From Candidatus Woesearchaeota archaeon (GTDB taxonomy: Archaea > Nanobdellota > Nanobdellia > Woesearchaeales > GW2011-AR15): a DNA stretch of 24,000 bases. The DNA lies in contig JAVZBY010000009.1 in the NCBI GenBank assembly GCA_038874655.1, positions 19,156 to 43,155 of the forward strand, in the 5' to 3' direction. This document shows positions 23,938-24,000 of the stretch, one piece after another. Position 1 is the first letter of the stretch, and each line of letters begins with the position of its first letter. The notes below the pieces were generated by a model. The model worked only from the letters and a program-made list of their open reading frames with translations. It was not told the DNA's origin and searched no databases. Both the position numbers and the translations under genes were made by a program.

Positions 23938-24000
23938 TGCTATTCAGAACATTAGGAACTTTGGATTTCATAACTGTTTTAGTTTTAATAGGTGCAGCAA
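23938..24000 (+). CDS. possible start of a membrane protein (runs off the window end)
   Basis: The ATG opens MLFRTLGTLDFITVLVLIGAA..., which is hydrophobic. Only 21 codons are visible. Confidence 0.25.

Noticed and set aside
1-24000. CRISPR arrays, cas genes, integrase or transposase ORFs, toxin-antitoxin pairs, restriction-modification or other recognisable defence operons
   Set aside because: I scanned both strands for regularly spaced direct repeats and for hallmark motifs and found none. The only exact repeat of 30 bp or longer is the tRNA-Ser 3' duplication.

Overview
This is a strongly AT-rich archaeal chromosome segment. The archaeal call rests on a topoisomerase VI B/A operon, six tRNA genes (five with an intron at the canonical 37/38 position, none encoding CCA), and TATA-like boxes about 26 nt upstream of many ATGs. 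Small housekeeping genes, decayed or split genes and one giant secreted mosaic protein suggest a small-genome, possibly DPANN-type archaeon; that is inference only.

Housekeeping content:
- pgk (partial)
- a ferritin-like/VIT1 iron transporter
- top6B and top6A
- two SPOUT methyltransferases (Sfm1/DUF431-like and RlmH)
- a circularly permuted YlqF-type GTPase
- NMD3
- a DUF460 RNase-H-fold protein
- a CxxC-x17-CxxC zinc protein

Unusual content:
- A perfect 32-bp duplication of the tRNA-Ser 3' end brackets a 68-bp triple-hairpin insert, which looks like an att-type scar or a miniature element.
- A lipoprotein carries a Kazal-type protease-inhibitor domain with an ovomucoid-like CTLEY reactive site.
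- A 1410-aa secreted protein combines beta-helix, TSP3, MopE-like and Ig-like repeat regions.
- A Hel308/Ski2-type helicase gene lacks the whole RecA1 (Walker A/B) half.
- A fused and frameshifted remnant joins a CPA2 antiporter to a ZIP transporter.
- A 107-codon ORF is interrupted by one in-frame TGA.
- tRNA-Thr has non-canonical D and T loops.
- An orphan Csa3/CARF-like wHTH regulator is present.

I saw no CRISPR array, cas gene, integrase or transposase ORF, rRNA, or recognisable defence operon. Function calls come from motif recognition by eye, without database searches.
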